Positions 32,943-45,972 of a stretch of 64,000 bases of DNA are shown here, one piece after another. The translations under genes were made by a program, and so were the position numbers. The stretch's first letter is position 1. Every line of letters begins with the position of its first letter. Origin of the DNA: an uncultured Gemmatimonadaceae bacterium (GTDB taxonomy: Bacteria; Gemmatimonadota; Gemmatimonadetes; Gemmatimonadales; Gemmatimonadaceae); assembly GCA_963829055.1 (NCBI GenBank), contig CAWHHI010000016.1, positions 288,001 to 352,000 of the forward strand. Direction: 5' to 3'. Under the pieces are notes generated by a model, which had not been told where the DNA came from, did no database searches, and worked only from the letters and a program-made list of their open reading frames with translations.

Positions 32943-35343
32943 GTGAACGCGCACGCACTCGCGGTACTCGAATTTCAACGCACGCTGGACGTCGTCGCTG
33001 GCCACGCGTCATCGGCGGCGGGTGCGGAGCACGTGCGCGGTTTGCGCCCCGGCGACGACGTCGCGGAGATCGAGCGCGAGCACGCGCGCGTCACGGCGAT
33101 GCGCGCGCTCGTGACCGCCGACGCGCCATGGTCGCCCGAGGCCATTCCCGACATCGCGCGAACCTTGCCGCGGCTCCGCGTCGAGGGAACCGCACTGCCA
33201 GGCCCGGAACTGCTCTCCACGCTCGTGCTGTTGCGCTCATCGCGCCGGACGGCTGAAGCGCTGCGCGATCCACGGCGCCCGACCGTAGCGACCGCCGTAC
33301 TCTCTCCGATCGTCGCAAACCTCGTGTCCGCCAAGGCGGAAGAGGCGGCGTTGGAGCGCGTGCTGGCGGACGACGGCAGCGTGCGCGACGACGCGTCGCC
33401 ACAGCTGCGTCGGCTTCGCCGCGAGCTTCGTGGTGCCGAGGCGGAGCTGATTCGGCTGCTCGAGCGGATCATGTCGCGGCTCGAGTCGCACCAGCAGGTG
33501 CCCGGACATGTCCGTGACCGTGCGGAACGGTCGCTACGTGATTCCTGTGCGTCGGGAAGGACGTGGCGCCGTCGGCGGCATCGTTCACGACACGTCGGGC
33601 TCGGGCGCGACGCTGTTCGTCGAGCCACCCGCAGCCGTGGAGGAAGGGAACCGCATTCGCGAGCTCGAGATCGAGGAGATCCGCGAAGTCGATCGCATCC
33701 TGCTCGAAGCCACCGACCGCATCCGTCCGTTGCACGACGATCTCGTCGCGTCGCTCGAAGCACTCGTTATGCTCGATTCGCTGTACGGACGCGCGCGTTA
33801 TGCGATCGCGTACCAGTGCGCGCACGCCGAGCTGTCGACGCCGAGCGCGGGGTTCGCGATCAAGAATGGTCGGCATCCGTTGCTGCTTGCGCAGGGCATC
33901 GCCGTCGTGCCGTTCGACCTCGAGATGGGGCCCGACGAACGTACGCTGCTGGTCTCCGGCCCGAACACCGGCGGCAAGACGGTGCTGCTCAAATCGCTCG
34001 CGCTCATTTCCGCGCTCGTGCAGTCGGGAATTCCCGCGCCGGTCGCGGCCGGCAGTCGCGTCGCCGTGTTCGACAACGTGTTCGCCGACATCGGAGACGA
34101 GCAGTCCATCGAAGCGAGCCTGTCGACGTTCAGTGCGCACCTCAAGAACCTCGGCGAGATTCTCGTTGCCGCGACGCCGCAGTCGCTCGTGCTCGTCGAC
34201 GAGCTCGGATCCGGCACCGACCCGATCGAAGGCGCCGCGCTCGGCGGGGCGATCCTCGAGGAGCTGACGCGACGCGGGTCCATGACGATCGCGACGACGC
34301 ACCTCGGCGCGCTCAAGGAGCTGGCGACCGAGGTCCCAGGCGTCGTGAACGCGTCGTTGCAGTTCGACGCGGCGGCGCTCGCGCCGACGTACCGGCTCAT
34401 CAAGGGCGTCCCCGGGCGGTCGTACGGCATCAGCATTGCGCGACGCCTGGGACTTCGCGGCGACGTGCTCGATCGCGCGGAGGAGCGGATCCCGCAGAAC
34501 GAGCGTGACGTCAATCGATTGCTCGCGGACCTCGAGGTGCGCGACGCCGACATGGCGAAGCGCGAGCGCAACGTCGCGATCGACGAGGAGAACGTGCAGG
34601 CGCGTGCGCACCGACTCGCGGAGCGCGAACAGCGCATTCGCCAGCGCGAGCGTGAGCTCGAGAAGGAGTCACGCGCCGGTGCTCGCCGCTATCTCCTGGA
34701 CGCACGCAACGAGATCGAGCGCGCGATCCGTGAGTTGCGCGAGGCGGGCGCTGCAGGCCTCGACGAGCAGGCCCGGATGGCGCGTCAGGGTGTGGAGCGA
34801 CTTGCCGCGCAGCACGGAGATGCGCTCGCCGCGATCGACCGGCGCGAACGAGATGCCACCGGCGCGGACGACGACGGCGTCGAGGCCGATGACGGGCTGC
34901 CTAACGAAGGCGACGTCGTCGAGATCACGACGCTCGATGACAGGCTCGGCCGCGTACTCGAGCGGCGCGATGATGACGCGGTCGTGGCCGTCGGCGGCAT
35001 CAAGATGACGCTGCCGTTGACGGCGCTGCGTCGCTCGCGGAAGCAGCAGCCGCGCGAACGCGAGACCGTTCCGCTGTTGGGTGACGTGCCTGACGAGTAC
35101 ATCGCGACCGAGATCGATCTGCGCGGCCAGCGCGTTGGCGACATTGACGATCTGGTCATGCAGGCGGTCGATGCCGCTGTGCGTGCAGACCTCAAGTCGC
35201 TGCGCATCATCCACGGCAAGGGAACCGGTGCGCTGCGAGCACGCGTGACGGAAATGCTGCGGAAGGACACGCGGGTGAAATCGTTCCGTCTCGGCGCGTG
35301 GAACGAAGGCGGCACCGGCGTGACGCTCGCGGAGTTCGCCTGA
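32943..35343 (+). CDS. mutS2: Endonuclease MutS2, frameshift near 33505
   Basis: GPNTGGKT, DIGDEQSIEASLSTFS, DELGSGTDP, C-terminal Smr domain IIHGKGTG. Confidence 0.95.
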
Positions 35344-35362
35344 CCGTGCCCAGGTCGTTCGC

Positions 35363-37293
35363 ATGATCCCCGACGAGGACGTCGAGCGCGTTCGCGACAA
35401 CGCCGACATCGTGCAGATCATCGGCGAGCACGTGAGCCTGAAACGTGTGGGCACGGACTGGCGCGGACCGTGCCCGTTCCATCAGGGCACGCATCGCAAC
35501 TTCTCGGTGTCGACGAAGAAGCGCATGTACTATTGCTTCGTCTGCCACGCCGGCGGCGACGTCTTCAACTTTCTGCAGAAGCGACTCGGGATGGACTGGC
35601 CTTCGGCGGTGCGGGCAGTGGCCGACAAGTCCGGCATCGAGATCCGCGAGGTCGAGACTCGTCGCGAAGGCCCCGACCCACGCGAGCCCGTGTGGGAGCT
35701 CAACGCAGCGGCGGCCGAGTATTTCCAGCGCATGCTGTGGGATGAGGACATTGGCCAGCCGGCGCGCGAGTACCTCGCGAAGCGAAACGTGTCGCGTGAG
35801 GCGGGGCAGCGGTTCGGCCTCGGCTTTGCCCCACGCGAGATCGGGTTGCTGCGGAGCTATCTGAATACGCTTGGCTATGACGATGCTCGTCTCCTGAGCG
35901 GCGGCTTGCTCGTGCAGCGAGAGGAGGCCGAGGAGCCACGTCCCCGCTTTCGCGGGCGCCTCATGTTCCCCATCTATGACGCGTCAGGACGACCGTCTGG
36001 ATTCGGCGGGCGCCTCATCGGCCCCGGTGAACCGAAGTATCTGAACTCGTCGGACTCCCCGACGTTCACCAAGGGTCGTTTGCTGTACGGTCTGAACTGG
36101 GCTCGCCATGCGATTCGTCGGGACGAGCGGTTGTTGCTCGTCGAGGGCTACTTCGACGTCGTGCGTCTCGTGCTCGCGGGCATCGAGACCGTCGTCGCAC
36201 CGTTGGGCACCGCGCTCACTGATGAGCAGGCGTCGATGATCGCGCGTCAGACGAAGAACGTGTTTCTGCTCTACGACAGTGATACGGCGGGGCAGAAGGC
36301 CACGTTCCGTGCGGGTGACCTGCTCCTGTCGCAGGGAGTTTCCGTTCGTGTGGTGACCCTGCCCGACGGCGAGGATCCCGACACGTTCGTCGACACGCAT
36401 GGTCCAGCGGCGCTCGAGTCACACATTGAGGCGGCCGTCGATGTCTTCGATCGAAAGGTGCAGATCCTCGAGCGCCAGGGCTGGTTCGCGGATCTGCATC
36501 GGCGACGCCGCGCCATCGACCGTCTGCTGCCGACCATCCGAGTCACTGCCGATCCCGTCACGCGCGACATGTACATCGCTCGTGCGAGTGAGGCGTCCGG
36601 TGTCGATCGCGCGGTGCTCGCGCGAGAAGCCGCCAACGATGGCGGCGCGCGGAATTCGCGACCCCGAACGGCCGCCCCGTCCGCTCCACCGCCTGACGAG
36701 CAGCAGCCAGACCTCCGCATGGGCGACAGGCGTGCCGGCGATCGCCGCGATCCGCCGGTTGCACGACCACCTCGCGTCGGGCCCTCAGTCGAGCGATATC
36801 TGCTCCGTGTGATTCTCGCGCATCCCGCGTATCTCGAGCTGGCGGCTGAAGCGGATGTCGGACCAGCGACAGTTTCCAGGACGCCGCGGTATCGTGAGAT
36901 CTTCGAGACGCTCGCGACGCTCGGCGCGGACGCTCCGCCCGAGCTCGTGATCAAGGAATTGTCGGAGGACGCAGCGGCGGCGTACGACCAGATGCTCGGC
37001 GAGCCGCCCGAGTCCATTGTCAATCTCGAGCAGACGTACCGTGACACGATCGCGACGCGTCCGGACGCGCGAGCTGAAGGACAGGAATGCAGAAATGCAA
37101 CCGACTCATGGCGACCGCGCGCGGCATCGACGAAAAGAATGCGCTGCTCGCCGAGATGACGGCGAACAAGCGACAGGCCGAAGCCCTGCAGGTCGACGAC
37201 GTGATGCACGTTACCAAGCGCGACGCGCGACATGCGACGATCACGCATCAAACGCCGCGTCACCGCGGCGCACACTCCACAGGGAGGGCATGA
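35363..37293 (+). CDS. dnaG: DNA primase, C-terminal frameshifts near 37070-37100
   Basis: CPFH..CFVC zinc finger, RFRGRLMFPI, PKYLNS, VEGYFDV, YDSD TOPRIM. Confidence 0.95.
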
Positions 37294-37998
37294 GTGCATC
37301 AGGATCTCGAGGCGCTGCTCGCATTGCAGGCCGATGACGATGTGATCGATGAACTGAACGGCAAGCTGAGGGCGCTCGGGCCGCGCTTCTCCGAGCTCGA
37401 GCGTCGACGGAAAGCGATCGTCGATCATCTCGCCGCCGCCGAGGCGAGCACCGCCGCGGACGAGCGAAAACATCGCGAGCTCGAAGGTCGGCTCTCCGAC
37501 CACAAGCAGCGCCAGGAGCGCAACCTCGCTCACCTCGATTCGGTGAAGCGAATGCGCGAGGCGACCGCCGCGATGGCGCAGGTCGAGCAGGCGCGAAAGA
37601 TTCTCATCGAGGAAGAGTCGGAGCTGCAATCGCTCGCGCGTCGCATTGCCGATGGACACAAGGCGATCGCCGCTCACCGCGAAGCGCTCGCGGCGCAGGA
37701 CGAGGAGCAGGCTGCCGAGCGTGAGGTGCTCGGGCAGGAGCGCGCGGAAATCGAAGGCTCTCTCGCGGAAGCGCGCGCCAAGCGAACGCAGACGTCCAGC
37801 CACGTTCCAAAATCCATCCTCGCCAAGTACGATCGAATCCGTGGTCGCAAAGGTGAGCGCGCGATCTTCCCTCTGCGCGGGCCATCGTGTGGGCACTGCG
37901 ACACCGCCATTCCGCTGCAGCGTCGGAATCAAATGGCGGGCACCGGTGCGATCGAAGTCTGCGAGGCGTGCGGAGTGCTTCTGTATGCAACGCCATGA
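37294..37998 (+). CDS. Coiled-coil protein with C-terminal C4 zinc ribbon
   Basis: Long coiled coil, YDRIR, CGHC...CEACGVLLY. Confidence 0.85.
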   Translation: MHQDLEALLALQADDDVIDELNGKLRALGPRFSELERRRKAIVDHLAAAEASTAADERKHRELEGRLSDHKQRQERNLAHLDSVKRMREATAAMAQVEQARKILIEEESELQSLARRIADGHKAIAAHREALAAQDEEQAAEREVLGQERAEIEGSLAEARAKRTQTSSHVPKSILAKYDRIRGRKGERAIFPLRGPSCGHCDTAIPLQRRNQMAGTGAIEVCEACGVLLYATP

Positions 37999-38036
37999 TG
38001 CTTGTTGGGGGTATGGGTCCCCAATAGCTTGACCGG

Positions 38037-39785
38037 GTGACCGCACCCCCCATTCGCCCACGTCTCAAGCCGCGTTGGGTTTTTCCGCCGGAGCCTGATC
38101 CGACCGCTGTCGAGGCGCTCGCCGCGGAGCTGCATCTGCCAACGACTCGTTTGTCGGCTTTTGCTCGTCCGCGGGTACTCGGCGGTCGAGCCGGCGAAGC
38201 ACTTCCTTCGCCCGCGGCTGGAGCGATTGCACTCGCCGCACGGTCTGCCTGACGCGGCCGTTGCCGTCGAGCGACTCGGTCCGCGCCGCGCGTGACGCCG
38301 AAACGGTGCTCATCCACGGCGATTACGACGTCGACGGCATCTGCGCCACGACGCTACTCACGAGGTCGCTGCGCTATTTCGGTGCGCGCCCCGTCCCGTT
38401 CATTCCGCGCCGCCTCGAGGACGGCTACGACCTGAGCGAAGCCGGCGTTCGCGCGGCTCGTGAGGCAGGGGCGAAGCTCGTCGTGACGTGCGATTGCGGC
38501 ACGAGCGCGCTCAAGCCCATCCAGGCGTTGTGTGAGTCGGGCGTCGACGTCATCGTCACCGACCATCACTTGCCGGGCGGTCCGCTGCCCGAGTGTCTCG
38601 CGGTGCTGAACCCGAAACGACACGGGTCGGAGTATCCCGACAAGGATCTCGCCGCGGTGGGCGTCGCGTTCAAGCTCATGCTCGCGCTCGCGGAGAAGCT
38701 CGGCGCGAATGCGAACTTCGTCTACAACATGCTGGACCTGGTCGCGCTCGCGACCATCGCGGACGTCGCGCCGCTTCGCGGTGAGAATCGGATCTTCGCG
38801 AAGTACGGTCTCAAGCTCATGGCGGAGACGCCGCACGTCGGCTTGCGCGCGCTCATGCGCGCGTCAGGCATGGACGGCAAACCGCTCACCGCCGGCCGCG
38901 TCGGCTTCATCCTCGCGCCGCGATCTGAACGCCGCCGGCCGCATCGGTCACGCCATGCAAGGCGTCGAGCTGCTGATGTCGGATTCGGAGCCACAGGCGA
39001 ATCGCATCGCGCGCGAGCTCGAGGAAATGAACAGGAAGCGGCAGGAGATCGATCGCGCCACGCTCGAAGCAGCGCGCCGTCGCGTCGACGCCCTCGATCT
39101 CGACAACACGTTCGGCATCGTGCTGGCGGAACAGGGTTGGCACCCGGGAGTCATCGGCATCGTCGCGTCGCGCATCGTCGAGGAGACCGGGCGGCCGACG
39201 ATCATGATTGCGCTCGACGGCGATCAGGGGAAAGGCTCGGGTCGAGCGCCCTCGCCCTTCGACCTGCACGCGGGTCTCACCGAGTGTCGCGACTTGCTCA
39301 TTCGGTATGGCGGCCACCGCGCGGCGGCCGGCGTGACGATCGAGGCGTCGCGCGTGGACGCATTCGCGGAACGCTTCAACGAGGTTGCTCGCGCGACGCT
39401 GCGTCGTGAAGACCTGCAGCCAGAGCTCAGGATCGACGCCGAGATCTCGATCGATCAGGTGACCGACGACCTCGAGGGAATGCTCCGGCACTTCGAGCCG
39501 TTCGGCGTCGGCAACCCGTCGCCGGTGTTCGTCTCGCGCGGAGCGCGTATCGCCACGCCGCCCCGCGTGGTCGGGCAGCGATGGACTCAAGATCCGTCTC
39601 GCCGGCTCCCCACACGATCGTGACGCGTTAGGCTGGGGCATGGGCGACCTCGCGCCGGAGCTGTCGCCGGGCATGTTGGTCGACCTCGCGTACCGGGTCG
39701 AGCGCGACACGTATCAGGGCGAGAGTCGGTTGCAGCTGCGCATTGCCGACATCCGGATGGCAGGGACGGCTCCGGCGGCGGATAG
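38037..39785 (+). CDS. recJ: ssDNA exonuclease RecJ, several frameshifts
   Basis: HGDYDVDG, TCDCG, TDHH, NAAGR, GGHRAAAG, EPFGVGNP. Confidence 0.93.
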
Positions 39786-39794
39786 CCGTTAGGC

Positions 39795-40306
39795 ATGCGT
39801 ATCGTGGCGGGGCGGTGGCGCGGCCGGCGCATACGCCCACCCGACGATGACCGCGTCCGTCCGACCGCGGATCGTGTGCGAGAGGCGTGGATGAGCATCG
39901 TCCAGCCCTACCTCGTCGGCGCGCGTGTGCTGGATCTGTTCGCTGGATCGGGCGCGTTAGGCCTGGAAGCGCTGTCTCGCGGGGCGGCGTCCTCCGACTG
40001 CGTGGAGGTCAGCGTTGCCGGCGTGCGCGCGATCAAGGAGAACGCGGAGACGCTTGGTGCAGGGGACGCGTTGAGCGTCCATCGCGCGGATGCCATTCGC
40101 TTCATCGCGAAGCTCGACGCCGGCGCGTTCGACGTCGCGTTCGCCGATCCACCGTACGGCCAGGGACTCGCGACGGCTGTCGCGGAACGCTGGCTTGCCG
40201 TCCCTTTCGCGATCTCGTCTCGGCATCGAGCATAGCTCGAAGGAAAAGCTGCCCGCAGGTGACACGAGGAAGTACGGCACGACGTCGATCACGTTCTATC
40301 GTGCCG

Positions 40307-40329
<23 letters not shown>
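39795..40329 (+). CDS. rsmD: 16S rRNA m2G966 methyltransferase, frameshift near 40215
   Basis: MRIVAG, RPTADRVRE, LDLFAGSGALGLEALSRGA, DPPY. Confidence 0.92.
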
Positions 40330-41887
<1,558 letters not shown>

Positions 41888-41891
<4 letters not shown>

Positions 41892-42220
41892 GCTTCTCGA
41901 TCAAGAAGCAGGGAGAGATTTGCGTGGTTGATGTCGAAGGTCAGCTCATCGTCGGTAACCGGCAGGAGCTGAAGCAGAAGGTTCTCGATGAGTTGGAGAA
42001 GGGCGAGAAGAAGTTTCTGATCGATTTCAGTCAGACCGGCTACATCGATAGCTCGGGTCTGGGCGTTCTCGTGTCGCTCTCCAAGAAAATTCGCGAGCAG
42101 GGGGGCGAGCTTCGCCTCGCGAATCTCAACGACGACCTCAAGACCCTGTTCGAACTGACGAAGCTCGATACGTTGTTCCAGATCGCGGATACGCGCGAAC
42201 GGGCCCTCGAAAGCTTCTGA
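41888..42220 (+). CDS. STAS-domain anti-sigma factor antagonist (RsbV/SpoIIAA-like)
   Basis: [11 protein letters not shown] phospho-Ser motif, LFELTKL. Confidence 0.92.
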
Positions 42221-42316
42221 AAACGTCCGACCGCCCCCGGCGGTCTCCACGGGCACGCAGGCGCAGCGCGGCAGCAGTCCAGGCCGCGCTGCGCCTCATT
42301 CCATAACCCCTACGCA

Positions 42317-42777
42317 ATGATTGCTGGCGAGAGCGACGAGCGAGCCCGCGACACACACGTCCGTGTGGCGTTCGACAGGCTGATCCCGAGCGACGTCCGC
42401 GAGATCGAACCGATCGTCGAGCAGGTCACCCGCGAATGCCGCGTGCTCGCGCTGCCAGCGCGCCAGTGCGCGCTGAACGTTCCCGTCGCCCTTACCGAGG
42501 CGCTCAGCAACGCGATCCTGCGGGGCAATCGCGGCGCGCGCGACAAGCAGGTCCGCGTGAGAGCCGTCGTGAGCGACACCGCGCTGGTGCTCGAGGTAGC
42601 CGACGAAGGCACTGGATTCGACCTCGACGCCTGTACCATCGATCCGACGAGCCCGGGCAATCTCGAGCGCGAAGATGGACGCGGGTCTGTTTCTCATGCG
42701 GTCGCTTGATGGATCGCGTCGAGCGCTATGGCGATAACGCCCACAACGTGGTCCGCCTGACTCTGAACCGCTTGTGA
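42317..42777 (+). CDS. Anti-sigma factor Ser kinase (RsbW-like), frameshift near 42687
   Basis: ALTEALSNAILRGN, DEGTGFD, GRG(LFL) then LMDRVE. Confidence 0.88.
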
Positions 42778-44372
42778 AAGAACTGGGCGCGGTGCTCGCC
42801 TCGTTCAGCGAGGCTACGCAGTGCGGCGCCGTCGTCTGGACGCAGCCGCCCGGCGGAGGCGCGCTCACCGCGGAAGTAGGTTCGCCCATTGGCGATCCTC
42901 CGGCCATCGTCGAGCTCATCCCCGCCGGCGCGGCCGCCGCGGTGGAGGTGCACACGCCGAGCGGCAGCATGCTCGTTCAATCGCTGCCGGGACCGCGCCG
43001 CGCGTGGCTCGCGCTGGGACCGTGCGCGAATCGCGTCGCGCCGTCGCGCGGCTGGCTCAAGTTCCTGCTGCCGGTCGTGACGCACTACCGGCAAGCGTCT
43101 CTCGAAGTCGAGCACGCCGCGAACGAGCTCGCGGAGCGCTACGAGGAGATCAATCTCCTCTACACCACGAGCGAGATTCTCGGTCGAACGGTGTCGTTGG
43201 AAGAAGCCGCGGCGACCATTCTGCACGAGATCTCGGAGACCGTCGGCGCTCGTCGCGCTTCCATTCTCGTGCACGAGGAAGTTGGCGGCACACTGCAGGT
43301 CGTCGCCGCACTCGGCGTCGCGGGCGCGGCCACGCCGGCGATCGACCTGGGCGATGAATGCAGCGTTTCGGCGAATGTCTTTCGCTCGCGGAAATCGATG
43401 ATCGCCGAAGATGGCGAGATGCTGTGCGACCAGGAGCAATCGTACCGGCGCGGTACGATGCTGTCCGTGCCGATCATGTGGACCGGCCCTGACGGAGCGC
43501 GACCGCTGGGCGTCGTGAACCTGTCGGACAGGCGGTCGGGCCAGCCGTTTTCCGCCGGCGATCAGAAGCTGGTGGAAGCCATCGCGACGCAGATCGGCAC
43601 CGCTATTCAGAACGCTCGTCTCGTGAGCGCGTCGCTCAATCAGCAGCGGCTCGTGTACGAGATGAGTCTGGCGCACGACCTCCAGATGAAGCTCCTGCCC
43701 GCAACGTCTGTCGTCGCGCCAGAGGCGGAGGTCGCCGCACGGGTGCTCCCCGCGGAAAGCGTCGGCGGTGACTTCTACCATCTGTTCAGACTCGGTGGTC
43801 GTCGCACCGGCGTCATGATCGGCGACGTGTCGAGCCACGGCTATCGGGCGGCGCTCATCATGGCACTCGCGATGAGCGCGTCCGCGATTCACGCGCAGAC
43901 GACGATCGATGCGGCCGAGACGCTGGCCGCCCTTCTGGCGTCCCTGCGTGACGAGCTGGAGTCGACCGAGATGTTCATCACCGTCTTCTACGGCGTGATC
44001 GACCCGACCGTCGGTGTGCTGCGCTATGCGAACACGGGGCACCCGCACGCGTTCGTGATCACGGCCGATGGAACGGTCTCGCGTCTGCCGGCGCTCGATC
44101 CCCCGTTAGGCATGACGACTGGGCGTCCCGATGGCGCGTCACGACCGTGGCGCCGCGGCTCGGATCTGCTGCTGCTGTTCACCGACGGGGTGAGCGACGC
44201 ACAGAATGACGCCGGCGTGCGCCTCGGCGAGCAGCCGGTGCTCGATATCGTGTTGCAGCATCGGACGGAGCCTACGGCCATGATCCTCGACCGCGTCTTC
44301 GAGGCCCTCAGCGCGCACGTCGGCGAGTCGCCGCGCCCTGACGACCTGGCGCTCGTCATCGTTCGTAACTGA
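42774..44372 (+). CDS. GAF + PP2C/SpoIIE phosphatase (RsbU-like)
   Basis: GAF domain (..F..GDQKLVEAIATQIGTAIQNARL), VGGDFY, GDVSSHG, FTDGV, DDLA. Confidence 0.92.
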   Translation: MKELGAVLASFSEATQCGAVVWTQPPGGGALTAEVGSPIGDPPAIVELIPAGAAAAVEVHTPSGSMLVQSLPGPRRAWLALGPCANRVAPSRGWLKFLLPVVTHYRQASLEVEHAANELAERYEEINLLYTTSEILGRTVSLEEAAATILHEISETVGARRASILVHEEVGGTLQVVAALGVAGAATPAIDLGDECSVSANVFRSRKSMIAEDGEMLCDQEQSYRRGTMLSVPIMWTGPDGARPLGVVNLSDRRSGQPFSAGDQKLVEAIATQIGTAIQNARLVSASLNQQRLVYEMSLAHDLQMKLLPATSVVAPEAEVAARVLPAESVGGDFYHLFRLGGRRTGVMIGDVSSHGYRAALIMALAMSASAIHAQTTIDAAETLAALLASLRDELESTEMFITVFYGVIDPTVGVLRYANTGHPHAFVITADGTVSRLPALDPPLGMTTGRPDGASRPWRRGSDLLLLFTDGVSDAQNDAGVRLGEQPVLDIVLQHRTEPTAMILDRVFEALSAHVGESPRPDDLALVIVRN

Positions 44373-44424
44373 GTCTGCGACCGATGCGCGTGCGTGATGG
44401 CGGTGATCGCGCGTCGACCACAAG

Positions 44425-45231
44425 ATGAGCGTCGACCTTCCGCACCCGCGCAAACGCCTCGGCCAGCACTTTCTCGTCGACCGCGCCGCCCTCGAACGTA
44501 TCGCCGACGCGCTGGCGCCTAACAAGGACGACACAGTCGTGGAGATCGGCCCAGGGCGGGGCGCCCTCACCGATCTGCTGTGCGCACGCGCGAAGCGGGT
44601 CATCGCCATCGAGCTCGATCGCGATCTCGCGCCGTATCTTCGCGACCGCTACCGCGCAGCGGGGAATGTCGAGATCATCGAGCGCGATGTACTCGAGGTG
44701 AATCTCGCCGAGATTGCCGGGGAGGAATTTCTGCTCGCCGGGAACGTGCCGTACTACATCACGACCCCGATCCTCTTTCATGCGCTCCAGCCGCCACGCG
44801 CGGTCCGCGCGGTGTATCTCGTTCAGCAGGAGGTCGCCGAGCGAGTCGTCGCGCCGCCTGGATCGCGCACGTACGGCGCGCTCTCTGTCAACGTGCAGGG
44901 TTTCGCGCATGCCGAGTTGGTCGGCCGCGTGCCGTCGGGCGCATTCAAGCCGCCGCCGAAAGTGGAGTCAGCGATCCTTCGTGTCACGCCTCGGACTGAT
45001 CCGGTTGTTGCGGAAGCAGACGAGCGCGCATTCCGGACACTCGTGCAGAGCGCGTTTGGACTTCGCAGGAAGCAAATGCGTCGCGTTATGCGGACGGTCG
45101 CCCATCTCGATGTCGAGGCAAGCGAGGGAGTGCTCGACGCCGCGGGCATCGACCCCGAATGTCGTCCGGAGACTCTTGCGCCTGACGATTTCGCTCGGCT
45201 GCTGCGTGCGCTTGGCGAAGCGCGACGTTGA
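44425..45231 (+). CDS. rsmA: 16S rRNA dimethyladenosine transferase
   Basis: RKRLGQHFL, VEIGPGRG, GNVPYYITTP, F.PPPKVES. Confidence 0.96.
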   Translation: MSVDLPHPRKRLGQHFLVDRAALERIADALAPNKDDTVVEIGPGRGALTDLLCARAKRVIAIELDRDLAPYLRDRYRAAGNVEIIERDVLEVNLAEIAGEEFLLAGNVPYYITTPILFHALQPPRAVRAVYLVQQEVAERVVAPPGSRTYGALSVNVQGFAHAELVGRVPSGAFKPPPKVESAILRVTPRTDPVVAEADERAFRTLVQSAFGLRRKQMRRVMRTVAHLDVEASEGVLDAAGIDPECRPETLAPDDFARLLRALGEARR

Positions 45232-45246
45232 ACGTCGCCGACCGGG

Positions 45247-45873
45247 TCAGCGGTCGCGGTTGGTGAGCGCGAAGGAGAGTCCTTCCAGCTCCATCGCCAT
45301 GTTCACGTTCTTGAGCGTGACATCGGCGGGGACCTGTATCTGCACCGGCGCGAAGTTGAGGAGCGCGCGAATGCCGGCACCGATCAGCCGATCGACGACA
45401 GCCTGCGCTTCATCGCCAGGTGTCGTGAGCACCGCGATATCGGGGTGCTCCTCTGCGATGTCCCGCTCGATCGTGTCCATGCCACGAACCGTCAGCGAAT
45501 CCCACTTCGTCCCAATCTTGTTCGGGTCGCGGTCGTAGACGGCGATCACGCGGAAGCCGCGTTGGCGAAATCCGCGATACTGGGCGAGTGCGGTACCGAT
45601 CTTCCCCGCGCCGACGATGATGACCTGCCACTCCCGGCGCAGTCCGAGGATTTCGCGCAGCGAGTCGGTGAGCTCGGGGACCGAATAGCCGAGTCCGCGC
45701 TTTCCGAACGACCCGAAGAAGGAGAGGTCCTTCCGCACCTGCGCCGATGTCGTTCCGCCGCGTCGCGCCAAGTCGTCGCTCGATATCGTCACGACTCCTC
45801 GTTGAGCGGACTCCTCGAGAAATCGTAGATAGAGCGACAGGCGTCGGACGGTGGAGTCGGCGATTCGTCTCAC
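45247..45873 (-). CDS. rex: Redox-sensing transcriptional repressor Rex
   Basis: STVRRLSLYLR, QVRKDLSFFGSFGKRGLGY, IVGAGKIG, LNFAP. Confidence 0.96.
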   Translation of the reverse strand: MRRIADSTVRRLSLYLRFLEESAQRGVVTISSDDLARRGGTTSAQVRKDLSFFGSFGKRGLGYSVPELTDSLREILGLRREWQVIIVGAGKIGTALAQYRGFRQRGFRVIAVYDRDPNKIGTKWDSLTVRGMDTIERDIAEEHPDIAVLTTPGDEAQAVVDRLIGAGIRALLNFAPVQIQVPADVTLKNVNMAMELEGLSFALTNRDR

Positions 45874-45884
45874 GGCGGGATGGC

Positions 45885-45902
45885 TTGTGAAATCATTCAC
45901 AA
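45885..45902. promoter_or_regulatory. Rex operator (ROP)
   Basis: TTGTGAA-ATCA-TTCACAA, exact match to the TTGTGAA-N4-TTCACAA consensus, 11 nt upstream of the rex start. Confidence 0.9.
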
Positions 45903-45972
45903 GTTATTCGCGGTGGGAGAAATCGGGAATAGGTAGCCATACCGAACAAAAGCCACATATATATTGGCGCCC

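Noticed and set aside
36271..38061. 596-aa minus-strand ORF and other long antisense or alternative-frame ORFs
   Set aside because: Shadow frames of well-supported plus-strand genes, expected in high-GC DNA
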